Below are positions 50,183-63,469 of a stretch of DNA of 64,000 bases, piece by piece. Below the pieces are notes generated by a model. The model saw only the letters and a program-made list of their open reading frames with translations, was not told the origin of the DNA and made no database searches. Positions within the stretch are counted from its first letter, which is position 1. Each line of letters opens with the position of its first letter. The DNA is taken from positions 4,154,001 through 4,218,000 of the forward strand of contig NC_135767.1 in the NCBI RefSeq assembly GCF_052425735.1. The letters are read 5' to 3'. The stretch is from Oculina patagonica. Lineage: Eukaryota. The position numbers were made by a program, and so were the translations under genes.

Positions 50183-51179
50183 CTGCCAACAAAACAGGCA
50201 CAATCCAATGCGTTATTCAGATTAAAATTTAACCACGTGTCTTGCACGTTGTCAAAGCTAAGCTAAATGTTTAGTCGTTTCATTCAAATAGCTCATTCAA
50301 GGAGAGAGATTGAGAATAAACTGGTATCTCAAACTGCTCACTGAAGCTTCTTTATTTATATTTCAGATAATGTAACTAAACATTTGACGCGTACGAGACC
50401 TAAGAATATAAAAGGTGTTTACCCGTAGATCTAAATTTTGAGGGTCACGTTCAAACAAAGAACAAAGCCACAGCTACGGAGAACAAAACTTTTGTGGATT
50501 CTTGGACTTTTCCCCGGCAGTAAAATCATTAACTAGACCCTTTCCGACAACAATATAACAAACATTTGACATTATATAAGAAAAAATAAGTAAACAGACC
50601 TGCTTAAGGTTATAAAAGGTATTTGCCCGTAGATCTAGATTTTGTCACGTTCAAACAAAACTATAACTCTGATATTTACGAATCTCCTGGTAGATACAGA
50701 ACAAAGCTTTCATGTAACTTCGGCCATTTCTACAGTAAAAATAATAACTGGCCCTTTCCGACAACAATATAACAAGCTTTCGATATTTTTACGAGAAAAA
50801 TCCGAGCTGCATAAGGTACAATGAACCCAGCTACGAAAGCCATGTGGTGCGCGCTTAGCTAAGAAAAGAAGACCATTTCGCCCCTCACCTGACAAAAACA
50901 AGGATATGTCATAAATAAACGCTGCATAAAAATGATTTCAGCTTTAAACGAAGGTTTCCGGTAAAAAAAAAAAAAAAACAGTTAACATTCTTCTTGGGTT
51001 CGATTAGATTTATACCGCATTAGGTGTTCTTACATGAATGACCCAGAAATGGATCAAGGATGTTTGTGTCTATACACTGAGGGGTACAGGGCCCATACGA
51101 GGACACTAAATGTGGTAGCATAAAACAAGCATTTGAGGCTCTAACATCATAAACAAAAAGTAACATTAGGTGTATTTAC

Positions 51180-51210
51180 CATTTTGTCTCAGCTCACTCG
51201 ATAAAGCCAT
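51180..51210 (-). CDS. ETS copy A, exon 1 (MALSSELRQN; full protein 208 aa)
   Basis: agcATGG start; gtaaat donor in phase 1 matching exon 2; identical in copy B. Confidence 0.75.
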
Positions 51211-51309
51211 GCTGAATAGTTTTCTTTTGTTACGTCAAACGAACAGCGAACTCCGTAAAGATTGTTACTAGTTGTGACTGACTCGAACAACAGCGCATGA
51301 AACTCCAGC

Positions 51310-51430
51310 TAAATGACTTCCTTGTTTATAAACAAATTTGAGGCATAGGAAGTACAAATAACATTGATGTAAGCATCAGCTGCCCACGCTATTAAAACGT
51401 GCAGATACTGAGCGGGCGTGTACTTATAAA
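51310..51430 (-). promoter_or_regulatory. ETS-A proximal promoter
   Basis: TATAAA (51330-51325) flanked by two AGGAAGT ETS sites; nearly identical at 57800-57920 in copy B. Confidence 0.5.
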
Positions 51431-51929
51431 TTTCTTATAGAACTTAGCCGAAGTGGCTGATGGGAAAACTAATTCGGCAGACGAAAAGCCATCTTTCTTA
51501 GCTTTCCCAAGTAGCAAAATAATATGTTGACAGTTTGGTTTTAAAACCTATATTTCGAATTTTCTTATGGCCCCCTCTGTAATACGTCTTTTAATGCTAT
51601 TTGCCAGCTAGACTTCTGTGCAGACTACAGGAAATGATGGCCTATCTACCGGCTTTTATCACTGTGATCAGACGCGGTATTCATTTCCAAAGCACTTTAC
51701 TATCGTGACTATCCTACTATAATTTGTTTTTGTCGCTGAACCGCCTCCAAAACGTCCACGTTCACCAGTTTGTGTAGGTGTCTTTAAAATTAAACGTGTT
51801 TTGCTTACTGATTTTCTGTTAGTTCTGTGTCTGACGGAAGTCCCGTAAAAAACGTGCTGTTTCACGTCTTCCACTCCGGCACAAAGTCGAGCCTAGGCAA
51901 ATTAAAAGTGCTAATTTAAATTTTAAGTC

Positions 51930-52100
51930 TTTCATGAAACCCTAATGCATGACCATTTAAATGAAAGCTACTGAGCAGTACTTTCATGTGGTACTGTTCA
52001 TCATGCTGTACAAGGTGGTTCTAACTTTTAAGTCTGTGGATGAAACCCTAGTGTGTGACCATTAAAATGAAAGCTAATGAGCAGTACTTTCATGTCGGGT
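51930..52100 (+). repeat. ~106-bp repeat family upstream of ETS-A
   Basis: Same unit; paralogous block at 58430-58710. Confidence 0.8.
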
Positions 52101-54273
52101 ATTATTTCTTTTTACAGCATTTTTCCAAGTGAAATTTCAGATTTCCTTTTCCAATGCTAACTTTGGCACTTTTGTGGACCTTTAAGGGATCTAGGGAGTA
52201 AAAGAGCCTCGTACGCAGACGATCTTTGGGCTTGTCACGCAGACTTTATATATATTGTTGGTTCGAGTGAAAGGGTCAATGGGTCTTTAAGTGGGAGTGC
52301 GTAAGAACGCATGCATCAGAGATTATTCATTTTCCCGCCGGAAAATTTTTTTTTGCGGTTTCTTTGTTCGAAGTTCCTGACGGAAGAGGAAGTCGGTTTC
52401 TGCTTTTCTTCCTCTAGGAAAATTGCTGAAAATTATTTGGAGAATAGAGCATATAAAAATAAGTTGCCATTAAATATACTGCGAGATGTTTTAAAGTTTA
52501 AATTTTTGGTGTTTTTTTTTTCTAAAGATTTCTTGACTGACGACGTGACTAACCATTCTGTAGTTTATATATCTTTACGCCGGATGTTTACAAAAGTGAT
52601 ATTACGTGACACTGGTTTAACGGATGGTCGGAAATGGGTTGAGCGAAAAAAATTGGTGCATAAAGCCACACCTGAAACCAGCGAGTAAAAATTGGTGCAT
52701 AAAGTTTCAGCACGCTAATCTAGTGGGAAGTAATTTCAAATAACTACATCACCAAATCAATGTTTGTTTTTAAAACTTCTTTTTGCCATTCGCGGGGCAA
52801 TGACAAAAAGAAAGTTGGTTAATTTATGTGCGTGTATTGGCCGAGGGTGAAATATTGTCAGCCATTTACACTGCAGTTTTACTTATTTTTACGTGTGGTT
52901 TTACTTGACCGCAGATGTATTTTGTTTTTCCGTGAAGACCGAAGACCGTAAACCGCCAGATAAATACGAATGTAGTCACAAACCGACACTCAAAATTGGC
53001 TTAAACGGCCAAACCGCCAGAGTATAATAAAACCTCTTTACTTGCCATATTGAAGAAAGTTACTTTTTCGACTTACGATATCATGTTTTTACCTAAAGTT
53101 TATTTTCAGAACATCAGCTAGGTTCACGAGCTCTTCCTTGGCGGAGGAGGAGAGCGGGAGACAAACAGGGCGGGTATTGCTTATGGTTTGCGAGCAGATG
53201 TTTGACAACTAAGAACAATCTTCACTGATTTGAGCACGGTATCTTTATACACAGGCACAGTAAAACCAATTAAGACATTTCCGGCACAAGCAAGAGGGAT
53301 CTCCAAAGTTAACCATTTCAACATTATGAAACAATTATATTAGATTGCCATTTGGTGGTGAAGTTTACCTTTGCAATACGATTTTCTTTATCTTTGCCAC
53401 CTTTCTGCTTTGCCATTTTGCTTAAAATATGGCCAAGCTATAGCTGGATGTATATGTAGTCCATGTTGACTAGGAGAAATTTCTGACAGAGCAAGCCACA
53501 AAGAAGCATATTACCTTAATTGCCTGGTCTGGAATAGAAATCACGGCCCGCCCGCTTGGTCTCTTTTAGTCTCAAGGTTGCAATTCTCTTAGCTTATTGC
53601 CATACATTTATTTCAATGTTAGCATTGAGAATTCGGGGGTTGATCAAGCTCACTATATACTGTCGTGCTGTAATGATATTGTAAGGAGAAAATTTGTTGA
53701 TTGTTCTCAGAAATAAGGCTTGAGACAGGGAGAGATTAAGGAAACAATAAGACAATGACTGAAAACTTTTTAAGCAAAACGTTTATTTACATTGTTATGT
53801 ACATTATTTGGTTATGAGCTGAAGATATGTACAAAAGAATTTTAAGTTTTGTGATTAAGCGATCGAGTGTCCCTCTCGCTTTTGTTCTATTTTTCAGTAA
53901 AAGAAAAGGTCAAAAGTCTACTACAGCGACCAAGCGAGCGTTTCCTCGGTTTCATTCTAGGTTTTTGTTTACAAGTCTATTTCTTCTTACATAAAAACAT
54001 GTTTTAAAACTCTACTACAACGAGAGTTTTTATGCAGCTCGCTCGTTCCTTTTCGTTACTAACTTGTTCCAGTTTTTTATTGCCAATCTAGTTTTCAATA
54101 AAAATTAAAAATGCAATACTACAGTGATAAGTTTTTATGCAGTTCGCTGAATTACAGAAACAGGGATCGACGTATTGGAAAATGGGAGTGCTTCGTATAC
54201 AGAAAGTATAGGCTCGATTGGTTTAAAACCCAGCGGAAGTGACGTCAAGGTATCGACAAATGGGAACATGATT

Positions 54274-54738
54274 CTACTTCCGGTACTGAAGATGGGTGGC
54301 TTGAGAGGCAAAGCACCTGGGTAGCACCAGACAGGACGTGTAGGCATGGGCACGACTGGCCAGGACCAATGTGTTTTCTTCAAAATCAGCACTTCTCTGC
54401 TGGATAACAGAAACAGGAATCGACGTCGCAGAAGGAAATGTTGTAACCGGCGAAACCAGTTTATTGGGCGACGGACCAGTAATCCGAAATATCATCTTCT
54501 CCCCCATGTCATAGCTCGGAGACGTAGGAGGCGCGAAGCGTGGGCACAAGCAAAGAGGACAGTAAGACATAGGCATGACTGGCCGGGACCAACGTTTCCA
54601 TAGAGTAGTAGTAGTGGGGTAAAACGAATTAACTTCAAGAGGTTCTAACTTGACTTGAGGAGGTCTCCTATTGTCTGCTGCTGGTGCGTCGTTGAAGGGA
54701 CGTTTGTTCAACCTGTACACAAACCTTTGGCCAGGAAC
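54274..54738 (-). CDS. ETS copy B, exon 3 (frameshifted, extended tail)
   Basis: Near-identical to copy A exon 3 through SIPVSVI, then reads on to a stop at 54274. Confidence 0.85.
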   Translation of the reverse strand, partial: VPGQRFVYRLNKRPFNDAPAADNRRPPQVKLEPLEVNSFYPTTTTLWKRWSRPVMPMSYCPLCLCPRFAPPTSPSYDMGEKMIFRITGPSPNKLVSPVTTFPSATSIPVSVIQQRSADFEENTLVLASRAHAYTSCLVLPRCFASQATHLQYRK

Positions 54739-54924
54739 CTGCAATACAACATGAAACAACATGTCATCAAGTCTTAACTTTTGCACTTGGCATTTCGAAC
54801 ATTTCAGTTTAGTTTACATTGAGATCAAACAATTTTTATATTTTAAGTTTTAGTGTTCCCAATTTCAGGCAAGTGTCAATGTTTTTAGCACTGCTGTACT
54901 AATTGATGACACTGTAAAAAGATA

Positions 54925-55121
54925 AACAAATATTATAAATCGAACAAAAACTTATTAAAAACCCTAACTGGCAGGAGGCTGTCCAGTTGGCTATTTAGAA
55001 AGCGTGGAGGAGTTGAATTCGGGACGACCAAACACAAATCCATCTAGTGGCATGGAGGAGGATTTGAACCCGGGCCTCCGGATTACAAGTCCAATGCCCT
55101 AATCACTAGGCCACGCTGCCT
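54925..55121 (-). mobile_element. tRNA-derived SINE in ETS-B intron 2 (paralogous to 45975-46170)
   Basis: Same sequence and flanks as in copy A. Confidence 0.8.
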
Positions 55122-55726
55122 TCTCCTGTTTTAGTTCACTGTTAGGTGCAATTGTTTATCTCCTACAGTGAGTAATTCATCACTTCATAAGTAGCTACCT
55201 TCCTTATAAACCCAAAGAGACAGATCGTGGCAGTAAAGCCTTGATCACCTAGCTTAGTAAAAACGTTTTGACAAGGAACCAAATCCTCCTAAGGAGAACT
55301 CTATAAAGGTCGAGGAAAACAGTTATAGGAAATTTAACATGGTGTCCAGGGTACTGATCCACACAATGCTGAAATAGCTTTCACCTTAGAAACCGTTGCA
55401 CAAGACATTCAAGTGGGATGCTTAAATTTAAAAAATACCCTCTTAACCTGTTACATTTCGAAGTACCACTGATTCAAGTCTTTTAAAAAGTACTGATAAA
55501 TCCTCCTTCCACCGACAATTTTTTCGAGTTGGTGGTGTATTTAAGAAAGCACATCAAGGCCTTTCGAGTTGTTGCATTGATTTAGAAAGTATTCCCCATA
55601 CGAAACCTTTTGAGTTTGCTCAGTGCTATATATTTACAACAAATGCTACTAAGCTTTCGAGTTGGCTGCTTTAGTAGTACATTGAAGTTGTTGCTGTAGC
55701 CTTCCCAAGAATTCATCACCACAAGG

Positions 55727-56035
55727 TTTTCGAGTTGTTGCTGTAATTTAGAAAGTACCTTAAGCCCTTTGGAGTTGTTGCTGTATTTTAGAAAGTTCCT
55801 TAAACCCTTTCGAGTTGTTGCTGTATTTTAGAAAGTCCATTTAGCCCTTTGGAGTTGTTCCTGTATTTTAGAACGTTCCTTAAGCGCTTTAGAATTGTAG
55901 CTGTATTTTAGAAAGTTTCTTAACCCTTTAGAGTTTTTGCTGTATTTTGCAAAGTTCCTTAAGCCCTTTCGAGTGATTGCTTTATTTTTAGAAAGTTCCT
56001 TAAGCCCTTTCGAGTAGTTGCTGTAATTTAAAAAA
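55727..56035. repeat. 40-bp minisatellite, about 7-8 units, in ETS-B intron 2
   Basis: Same unit as 46740-49400. Confidence 0.93.
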
Positions 56036-56395
56036 AAAATATCATCGAGAGTGTCACATGTACAAATCGTACAAGTCTAAACTGCTGTAATTTAATTAGA
56101 TAATGTCCTTCCAGAATATCTTTCAAGGTCGTTTAATGTGATTCGTAAAGCACTACAATTGCAACCTTTTGTTAGGTTTACTGGTCTTGACTGTTTCGTA
56201 GGAAATAACCGTTTGAAAACATTTGCTTCTGTAATTTATAAAGTACAACTGAGGCTTTTGAGTTGGTTTCTATATCCAATATGTACTCAGGGAAAATTTA
56301 ACATTAAAGTGAATGAGAATGCTAAATTTTAAAAATTTTACTGGCTTAACTAGTTTGTTGCAGTAGTAGCGTTTGATAAGTAGTTATTGACTTAC

Positions 56396-56649
56396 CTTTG
56401 TAATAATTCCCTGTTGATAATAATACCTTAAGGCTCGACTCAGTTTCTTGTAAGTCATTGCTTTGTTTCGTTTGAATGTCCCCCATCTTTTAGCCACTTC
56501 TTCGGGGTTATTCAGTTTAAACTCTCTGTGTTCTTTTCTGCTCCAGCTAATGATTGCTTTACAGCTATCGTTTCTCAATAGCTGCAGTAAAAACTGCCAT
56601 AAATGGACTATATTTCGTTGGCGAAGTTGTCTTTCCTCTGACTCTGTCT
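56396..56649 (-). CDS. ETS copy B, exon 2
   Basis: 254 nt, same splice sites and phases as copy A; 3 amino-acid differences. Confidence 0.95.
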
Positions 56650-57670
56650 CTGCTAACAAAACAAGCATACATGTAATCCAATGCGCCAAGTTATTCACAC
56701 AGCAATTGAACCACGTGTGTTCCACGTTGTCAAAGCTAAGCTAAATTTTCAGTTGTATAGTTCAAATAGCTCATTCAAGGATGAGGGATTTGTGAATAAA
56801 CTGGTAACTCAAAGCTCAGTTTAAAGCTCCCTTATTTATATTTCAGATAATGTAACTAAACATTTAACGCGTACGAGACCTGCTAAGAATATAGAAGGTG
56901 TTGGCCCGTAGATCTAAATTTCCAGAGTCACGTTCAAACAGAGAACAAAGCCACAGCTACGGAGAACAAAGCTTTCGTGGATTCTTGGACTTTTCCCCGG
57001 CAGTAAAATCATTAACTAGACCCTTCCGACAATAATATAACAAACATTTGATATTATATAAGAAAAAATAAGTAAACAGACCTGCTAAAGGTTATAAAAA
57101 GGTGTTTGTCCGTAGATCTAATTTTTGTCACGTTCAAACAAAAGCACAACTCTGATATGTACGAACCTCCTGGTAGCCACAGGGAACAAAGCTTTCATGT
57201 AACTTCGGCCATTTCTCCAGTAAAAAACAATAACTGGCCCTTTCCGACAACAATATAACAAGTTTTCGATATTTTAACGAGAAAAATGCGAGCTGCATAA
57301 GGTGCAATGTACCCGGCTACGAACGCCATGTGGTGCCCGCTTAGCTCAGAAAAGAAGACCATTTTGCCCCTCAGCTGTCAAAAACGAGGATATGTCAGAA
57401 ATAAACTCTGCATAAAAATGATTTCAGCTTCAAAATGTTTCAAATGAACGTTTCCAGTAATAAAAAAAACAGTTAACATTCTTCTTGGGTTCGATTAGAT
57501 TTATACCACATTAGGTGTTCTTACATGAATGACCCAGAAATTGATCAAGGATGTTTGTGTCTATATACTGAGGGGTACAGGGCCCTTACGAGGACACTAA
57601 ATGTGGTAGCATAAAACAAGCATTCGAGGCTCTAACTTCATAAACAAAAAGTAACATGAGTTGTATTTAC

Positions 57671-57701
57671 CATTTTGTCTCAGCTCACTCGATAAAGCCA
57701 T
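57671..57701 (-). CDS. ETS copy B, exon 1 (full protein 249 aa)
   Basis: Identical to copy A exon 1. Confidence 0.75.
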
Positions 57702-58429
57702 GCTGAATAGTTTTCTTTTGTTACGTCAAGCGAACAGCGAACTCCGTAAAGATTGTTAAATTTGTGACAGACTCCAACAACAGCGCATGAAACTCCAGCT
57801 AAATGACTTCCTTGTTTATAAACAAATTTGAGGCATAGGAAGTACAAATAACATTGATGTAAGCATCAGCTGCCCACGCTATTAAAACGTGCAGATGCTG
57901 AGCGGGCGTGTACTTATATATTACTAAAAGAACTTAGCCGAAGTGGCTGATGGGTAAACTAATTCGGCAGACGTCAAAAACCGTCTTTCGTAGCTTTCCC
58001 AAGAAGCAAAATAATATTTTGTCAGTTTGGTTTTAAAAATTATATTTCGAGTTTTCTTATCGCCCCACTACAATACGTCTTTCAATGCTATTTGCCAGCT
58101 AGATTTTTGTACAGACTGTTGGAAGAGATGGCCTATTTACAGGCTATTATCAAAGTAATCAGACGCGGTTTCATTTGCAACCAAGCGCTATTAGTATCGT
58201 AAGCACTTTTCTAATCGGAACTATCCCTATATAATTTGTTTTTGTCGCTAAACCGTCTCCAAAAACGTCCACGTTCGCCGGTTCGCGTAGGTGTCTGAAA
58301 TTAAACGTGTTTTGCCTCCTGATTTTCTGTAAGTTCTGTGCCTGACGGAAGTCCACAAAAAACGTGTTGTTTTACACACAAAGTCGAACCTCGAGCCAAT
58401 TAAAGTGCTGGTTCAAATTTCAAGTTCTT

Positions 58430-58710
58430 TGGATGAAACCTTGTGTGACTATTCAAATGAAAGCTATTGAGCAGTACGTTCATGTGGTACTGTTTATCAC
58501 GCTGTACAAGGTGGTTCTAGCTTTTAAGTCTGCGGATGAACGCTCAGTGTGTGACCATTCAAATGAGAGCTATTCAGCAATACTTTCATGTGGTACTGTT
58601 TATAATGCTGTACAAGGTGGTTCTAACTTTCGAGTCTGTGGATGAAACGCTAGTGCGTGACCGCATTCAGATGAAAGCTGCTGAGCAGTACTTTCATGTG
58701 GTACTGTCCG
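58430..58710 (+). repeat. ~106-bp repeat family upstream of ETS-B
   Basis: About 2.5 units of the same family. Confidence 0.8.
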
Positions 58711-61560
58711 TTTTGGGCTCGTCATGCAGTCTTTAAATATATTGTTGGTTCGAGTTAAAGGGTCAATGGGTTTTTAAGTGGGAGTGCGTGAGAGCAAATG
58801 CATCAGTAATTATTTATTTTTCCGCAGTTAATTTTTTTTTGCGGTTACTTTGTTCGAAGTTCCTGACGGAAGAGGAAGTTGATTTTTAGAAATCTTTTCT
58901 CTAGGAACATTGCTGAAAATTATGTGGAGAATAGAGCATATTGTTAATAAAAATAAGTTGCCATTATATGCTGCGAGATGTTTATAGTTTAAGTTTTGGG
59001 GGCGACGTGACTGAATAATACTGTAGTGTATGTATCTTCACGTCGGATATCGATGTTTACAAAAGTGATAGTACGTGACACTGGTTAACCAGATGGTCGG
59101 AAATGGGAAGAGAAAGTAAAAATTGGTGCAGAAAGTTTCAGGGCTAACCTTTAAGGAAGCCGGAAGCATTTTCAAATAACGACATCATCAAATCCGATAT
59201 TTGATTTTAAATATCTCCATTCTTTAGTATCAACCATACAAACCTCATTCAATAGTAACAATGCTCACCTCAGTTTTATTTAAAAGAAGCAGGGATCACA
59301 CAAAAAGTCGCACTGAGGGCCCTGATAAAAGAAAGCTAGTTTAGTTTATATGCGTGTATTGGCCGAGGGTGAAATGTTGTCAGCCATTTACACTGTAGTT
59401 GTACCTAATTTTTACGTGTGGTTTTACTCGATGTGTGGTTATTAGGCGTGGCTTTGTTATTGATGGTGTTGAGTAATATTAAATAACAAGGAACAAGAAA
59501 CTGAACGATAAAACGCTTGTTAAGCGATTAATATCTATCGTTCACATTCGAATCAATAAGCAATGTTGAGGTATTTGAAGAAATTACGTGCTCCTGTCAT
59601 TGAAAGGCCATTAACTGAATAAAAAGTCTGAAACTCTTTTGACGAAGAAAACGAATTTGTAAGACCGTATGGATGGTGCAAAGATGTTTGAAATGATTAG
59701 CTAAATTTTTTATTAACATTCGGAAAGATAATTTCACTTATGTGGATTTTCAGTTCTGAAAGGGGAATAGTTCTCTATCACATTTCTTCTCAATATTTAA
59801 GTCTGTAAAATTATACGCCAGTAGATCACTCTCAGTAGTTTGCTCAGGGTTGACCGCAACTTCAGGCAAACAGTATTCAAATGATACTGATAAATTAATG
59901 GAGTTGCTTATATTTTGTCACGCTAACCAATACTGGTTACAATCCTTTTTGCTTGCCACGTTGAACAAAAGAATAGTTACTATTTCCGACTTCCCGCTTC
60001 ACGTATTCGCCTTCCTAAGTTTATTTTCAGAACCGAAGTTCGGCTCACGAGCCTTGTCTTAGGTTCCTTCCTGACAGGAGTGGAGAGCGGGATAAATTAG
60101 GGCGGGGATTCAAGGTGGCTTTAGCAGATTTGTGACTTCTGAAAGTATTTCTTATTTGGATTTTTTCACAACACCGAGCCAGTCAAACCAGTTGGAATCA
60201 TTTCAGCCTCAACATGGTTAAGGCTGGTTCAGCCTCAAAATGGTTGAATTAGATCTGTGGATCGCAATTTGGTGGTTAAGTTAATTTTTCTATACTTTTG
60301 TCACCTTCCTGTTTTGCTTAAAACACGGCCTAGCTGTAGCTGGATGTATAACGGTAGTCTATGTTGACTAGTAGAAATTTCTGACAGAGTACGCCATAAA
60401 TAGGCACATTGTCTTGATTGCCTAGACTGGGATAGTAATAACGGCCCGTCCGCTTGAACTCTTTTGGACCATTTAGTCTCAAGATTGCATTTCTCCTAGA
60501 CATTCCTGTTATTATGTTAGCTCTGATAATTTGGTGGTTGGTCAAGCTCACAATATACCGCCGTGTTGTAATGATATTGTTAGGAGAAAATATGTTGATT
60601 AGTCCTGATTGTTCCCAGAAATAAGGCTTGAGATAGGGAGAGATTAAAGAAACAATAAGACACTCACTGAAAATTTTTAAGCAAAACGTTTATTTACATT
60701 GCTATGTACATCAGTTGAGCTGAATATAGTTATGTACAAAAAAAATTAATTTTTGCAAAAAAGCGATCGATTGTCCCTATCGCTTTTGTTCTAGTTTTTG
60801 GCTTTCTGTTGTCTTCCCATTTATGTAAAACATAGACGTGTACGTGAGGCCCAAACGGGTCACGCAAAAAGGAGTTCCTAGTTGTCAAAACAATTAAAAA
60901 AAAACAACGCTACCGTTCCTCCCAGAATTGCTACTTAAGAATTCTTTTTATCCCACAAAAACTTTCACGGAATAAATATCTGCTTATAGTGCGATTAAAC
61001 GATTTATTTATCGTCCTGGTCATCATTAAAAACGTCATTTATGATATACACAAAGGACAGTTACATGTAGCAGGTAGAACTTGTAGACAAGTGGCCTTCT
61101 GATAAAGGACATCAGAAATACAAGGAAAGATATGTGATTCAGATTAACATATTTGAAACATTTATATATATTGATATTTGATAAAAATTGTTTTATGCTA
61201 TTGATCTGACATCTAAAAAGGACTTCCTTATTGCACACTTAATAAAATTAAAACAGTTTCTATGTAGGACATTCACTGGAAGATTGTTGCATGAGTTGGT
61301 CGCCGTTGCTGTATAAGTTCCCCCACATTAAGCTTGAGGTGCAAAATGTTATTAACACTGATGTTACATGTTGATGTTTTTGTTCTATCATAAATGCTGT
61401 ATTTCTTCAAGTAGCTAAGTCACTGATGGTCACTGATATTGTATAACGAAACATCTAGAAAAGAAATGTCATTTTCCGGGACGTTGTTTTTACTTATCTG
61501 ATCAAGTCTCTTTATACAGTTTAGATCCTCGGGTCATGAAGGTAAAACTGATATAGTCAC

Positions 61561-61974
61561 TCAGAATATAATGGCGTCTTTCTTCAAAATCGGCACTTCC
61601 TTGTAACTAGTCTGCTGAATAACAGAAACAGGAATCGACGTCGCAGAAGGAAATGTTGCAACCGGTGAAACCTTTTTATTGGGCGACGGACCAGTTATCT
61701 GAGATATCATCTTCCTTCCCATGTCATTGCTCGGAGTCGTAGAAGGTGGGAAGCGTGGGCACAAGCAAAGAGGACAGTAAGACATAGGCTCGACTGGCCG
61801 GGACCAAGGTTTCCACAGGGGAGTGGTAGTGGGGCTAAATGAATCTGCAAAAGAAGAGCCATTGATTTCTTTAGGAGGTTCTAACTTGACTTGAGGAGAT
61901 CTCTTATCGCCTGCTGCTGGTGCGCTGTTGAAGGGACGTTTGTTCAACCTGTACACAAACCTTTGGCAAGGAAC
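61561..61974 (-). CDS. ETS copy C, exon 3 (exons 1-2 presumably right of the window)
   Basis: ttgcag acceptor; VPCQRFVYRL...SIPVSVIQQTSYKEVPILKKDAIIF-stop. Confidence 0.85.
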   Translation of the reverse strand, partial: VPCQRFVYRLNKRPFNSAPAAGDKRSPQVKLEPPKEINGSSFADSFSPTTTPLWKPWSRPVEPMSYCPLCLCPRFPPSTTPSNDMGRKMISQITGPSPNKKVSPVATFPSATSIPVSVIQQTSYKEVPILKKDAIIF

Positions 61975-62029
61975 CTGCAATACAACATGAAACATGTCAT
62001 CAAGTCTTATCTACATTTTTATACTTTCC

Positions 62030-62445
62030 GTCCTTTCAATCCGTCCATTCAGCAGCCGACCCAACCAGCCCAGCTAACCCAGCCAGTCAGTCNNNNNNNN
62101 NNNNNNNNNNNNNNNNNNNNNNNNNNNNNNNNNNNNNNNNNNNNNNNNNNNNNNNNNNNNNNNNNNNNNNNNNNNNNNNNNNNNNNNNNNNNNNNNNNNN
62201 NNNNNNNNNNNNNNNNNNNNNNNNNNNAGTTAGTCAGTCAGTCAGTCAGTCATTAAGTCAGTCAGTCTGTCNNNNNNNNNNNNNNNNNNNNNNNNNNNNN
62301 NNNNNNNNNNNNNNNNNNNNNNNNNNNNNNNNNNNNNNNNNNNNNNNNNNNNNNNNNNNNNNNNNNNNNNNNNNNNNNNNNNNNNNNNNNNNNNNNNNNN
62401 NNNNNNNNNNNNNNNNNNNNNNNNNNNNNNNNNNNCAACCAGCGA
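62030..62445. repeat. (GTCA)n-like microsatellite with two N blocks (62093-62227, 62272-62435)
   Basis: agtcagtcagtc runs flank the undetermined bases. Confidence 0.8.
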
Positions 62446-63469
62446 AAAAGAGTGTGCAGCTTTTTTTTTAATTTTGGCAATTGGCATTCCGAACATTTTA
62501 GTTTAGTTAAGTATATTATCCATCTATCTATTATCCATCTATCTATTAAGTTTTAATATTGTAATGCGCTTTTGCTCATTTACATGTTAAAAAGCGCAAT
62601 ATAAATTCATAAATTATTATTATTATTATAGTTTAGATTGAGATCAAACAATTTGCATATTTAACTTTAAGTGTTCCCAATTTCAGGCAAAAACTGATTA
62701 TTAATTTTTTAACGTTTCAGTTTACATTATCCCCTGAGTTCAGGTTTTATTCACTGATAAGCCTTTGATGCGATTATTAACGCAAAATGCAGATTTGGAA
62801 ATTTGAGTAAAATACACTGTTTTAGTTACAATTGTTTATCTCCTACAGTTAGTAATTCATCACTTTATAGGTAGCTACCCAAAGAAACAGATCGTGACAA
62901 TAAAGCCTTGATCACCTAGCTTAGTAAAAACGTTTTGACCAGGAACCAAATCCTCCTAAGGAGAACTCTATAAAGGTCAAGAAAAACAGTTATAGGAAAT
63001 TTAACATGGTGTCCAGGGTATCCACACAAAGCTGAAGTAGCTTTCGCCTTAGAAACCGTTGCACAAGACATTCAAGTGGGATGCTTAAATTTAAAAAGTA
63101 CCCCTTTAATCTGTTACAATTTCGAAGTACCGCTGATTCAAGTCTTTTAGAAAGTACTGATAAATCCTCCTTCCACCGACAAATTTTTCGAGTTGTTGGT
63201 GTATTTTAGAAAGCACATCAAGGCCTTTCGAGTTGTTGCATTGATTTAGAAAGTATTCCCCTTATGAAACCTTTTGAGTTTGTACAGTGCTATATATATT
63301 TTCAACAAATGCTACTAAGTTTTCGAGTTGGGCTACTTTAGTCCTACATTGGAGTTGTTGCTGTAGGCTTATCAAGAATTAATTACCACAAGGCTTTCGA
63401 GTTGTTGCCCAGCTCAGGTAATTAGAAAGAGTAGCACAATGGTTTGGAGTTGTTGCTCGGTAGTACTTC

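Noticed and set aside
61891-62496. ORFs spanning the N blocks
   Set aside because: Artefacts of undetermined bases within a microsatellite.
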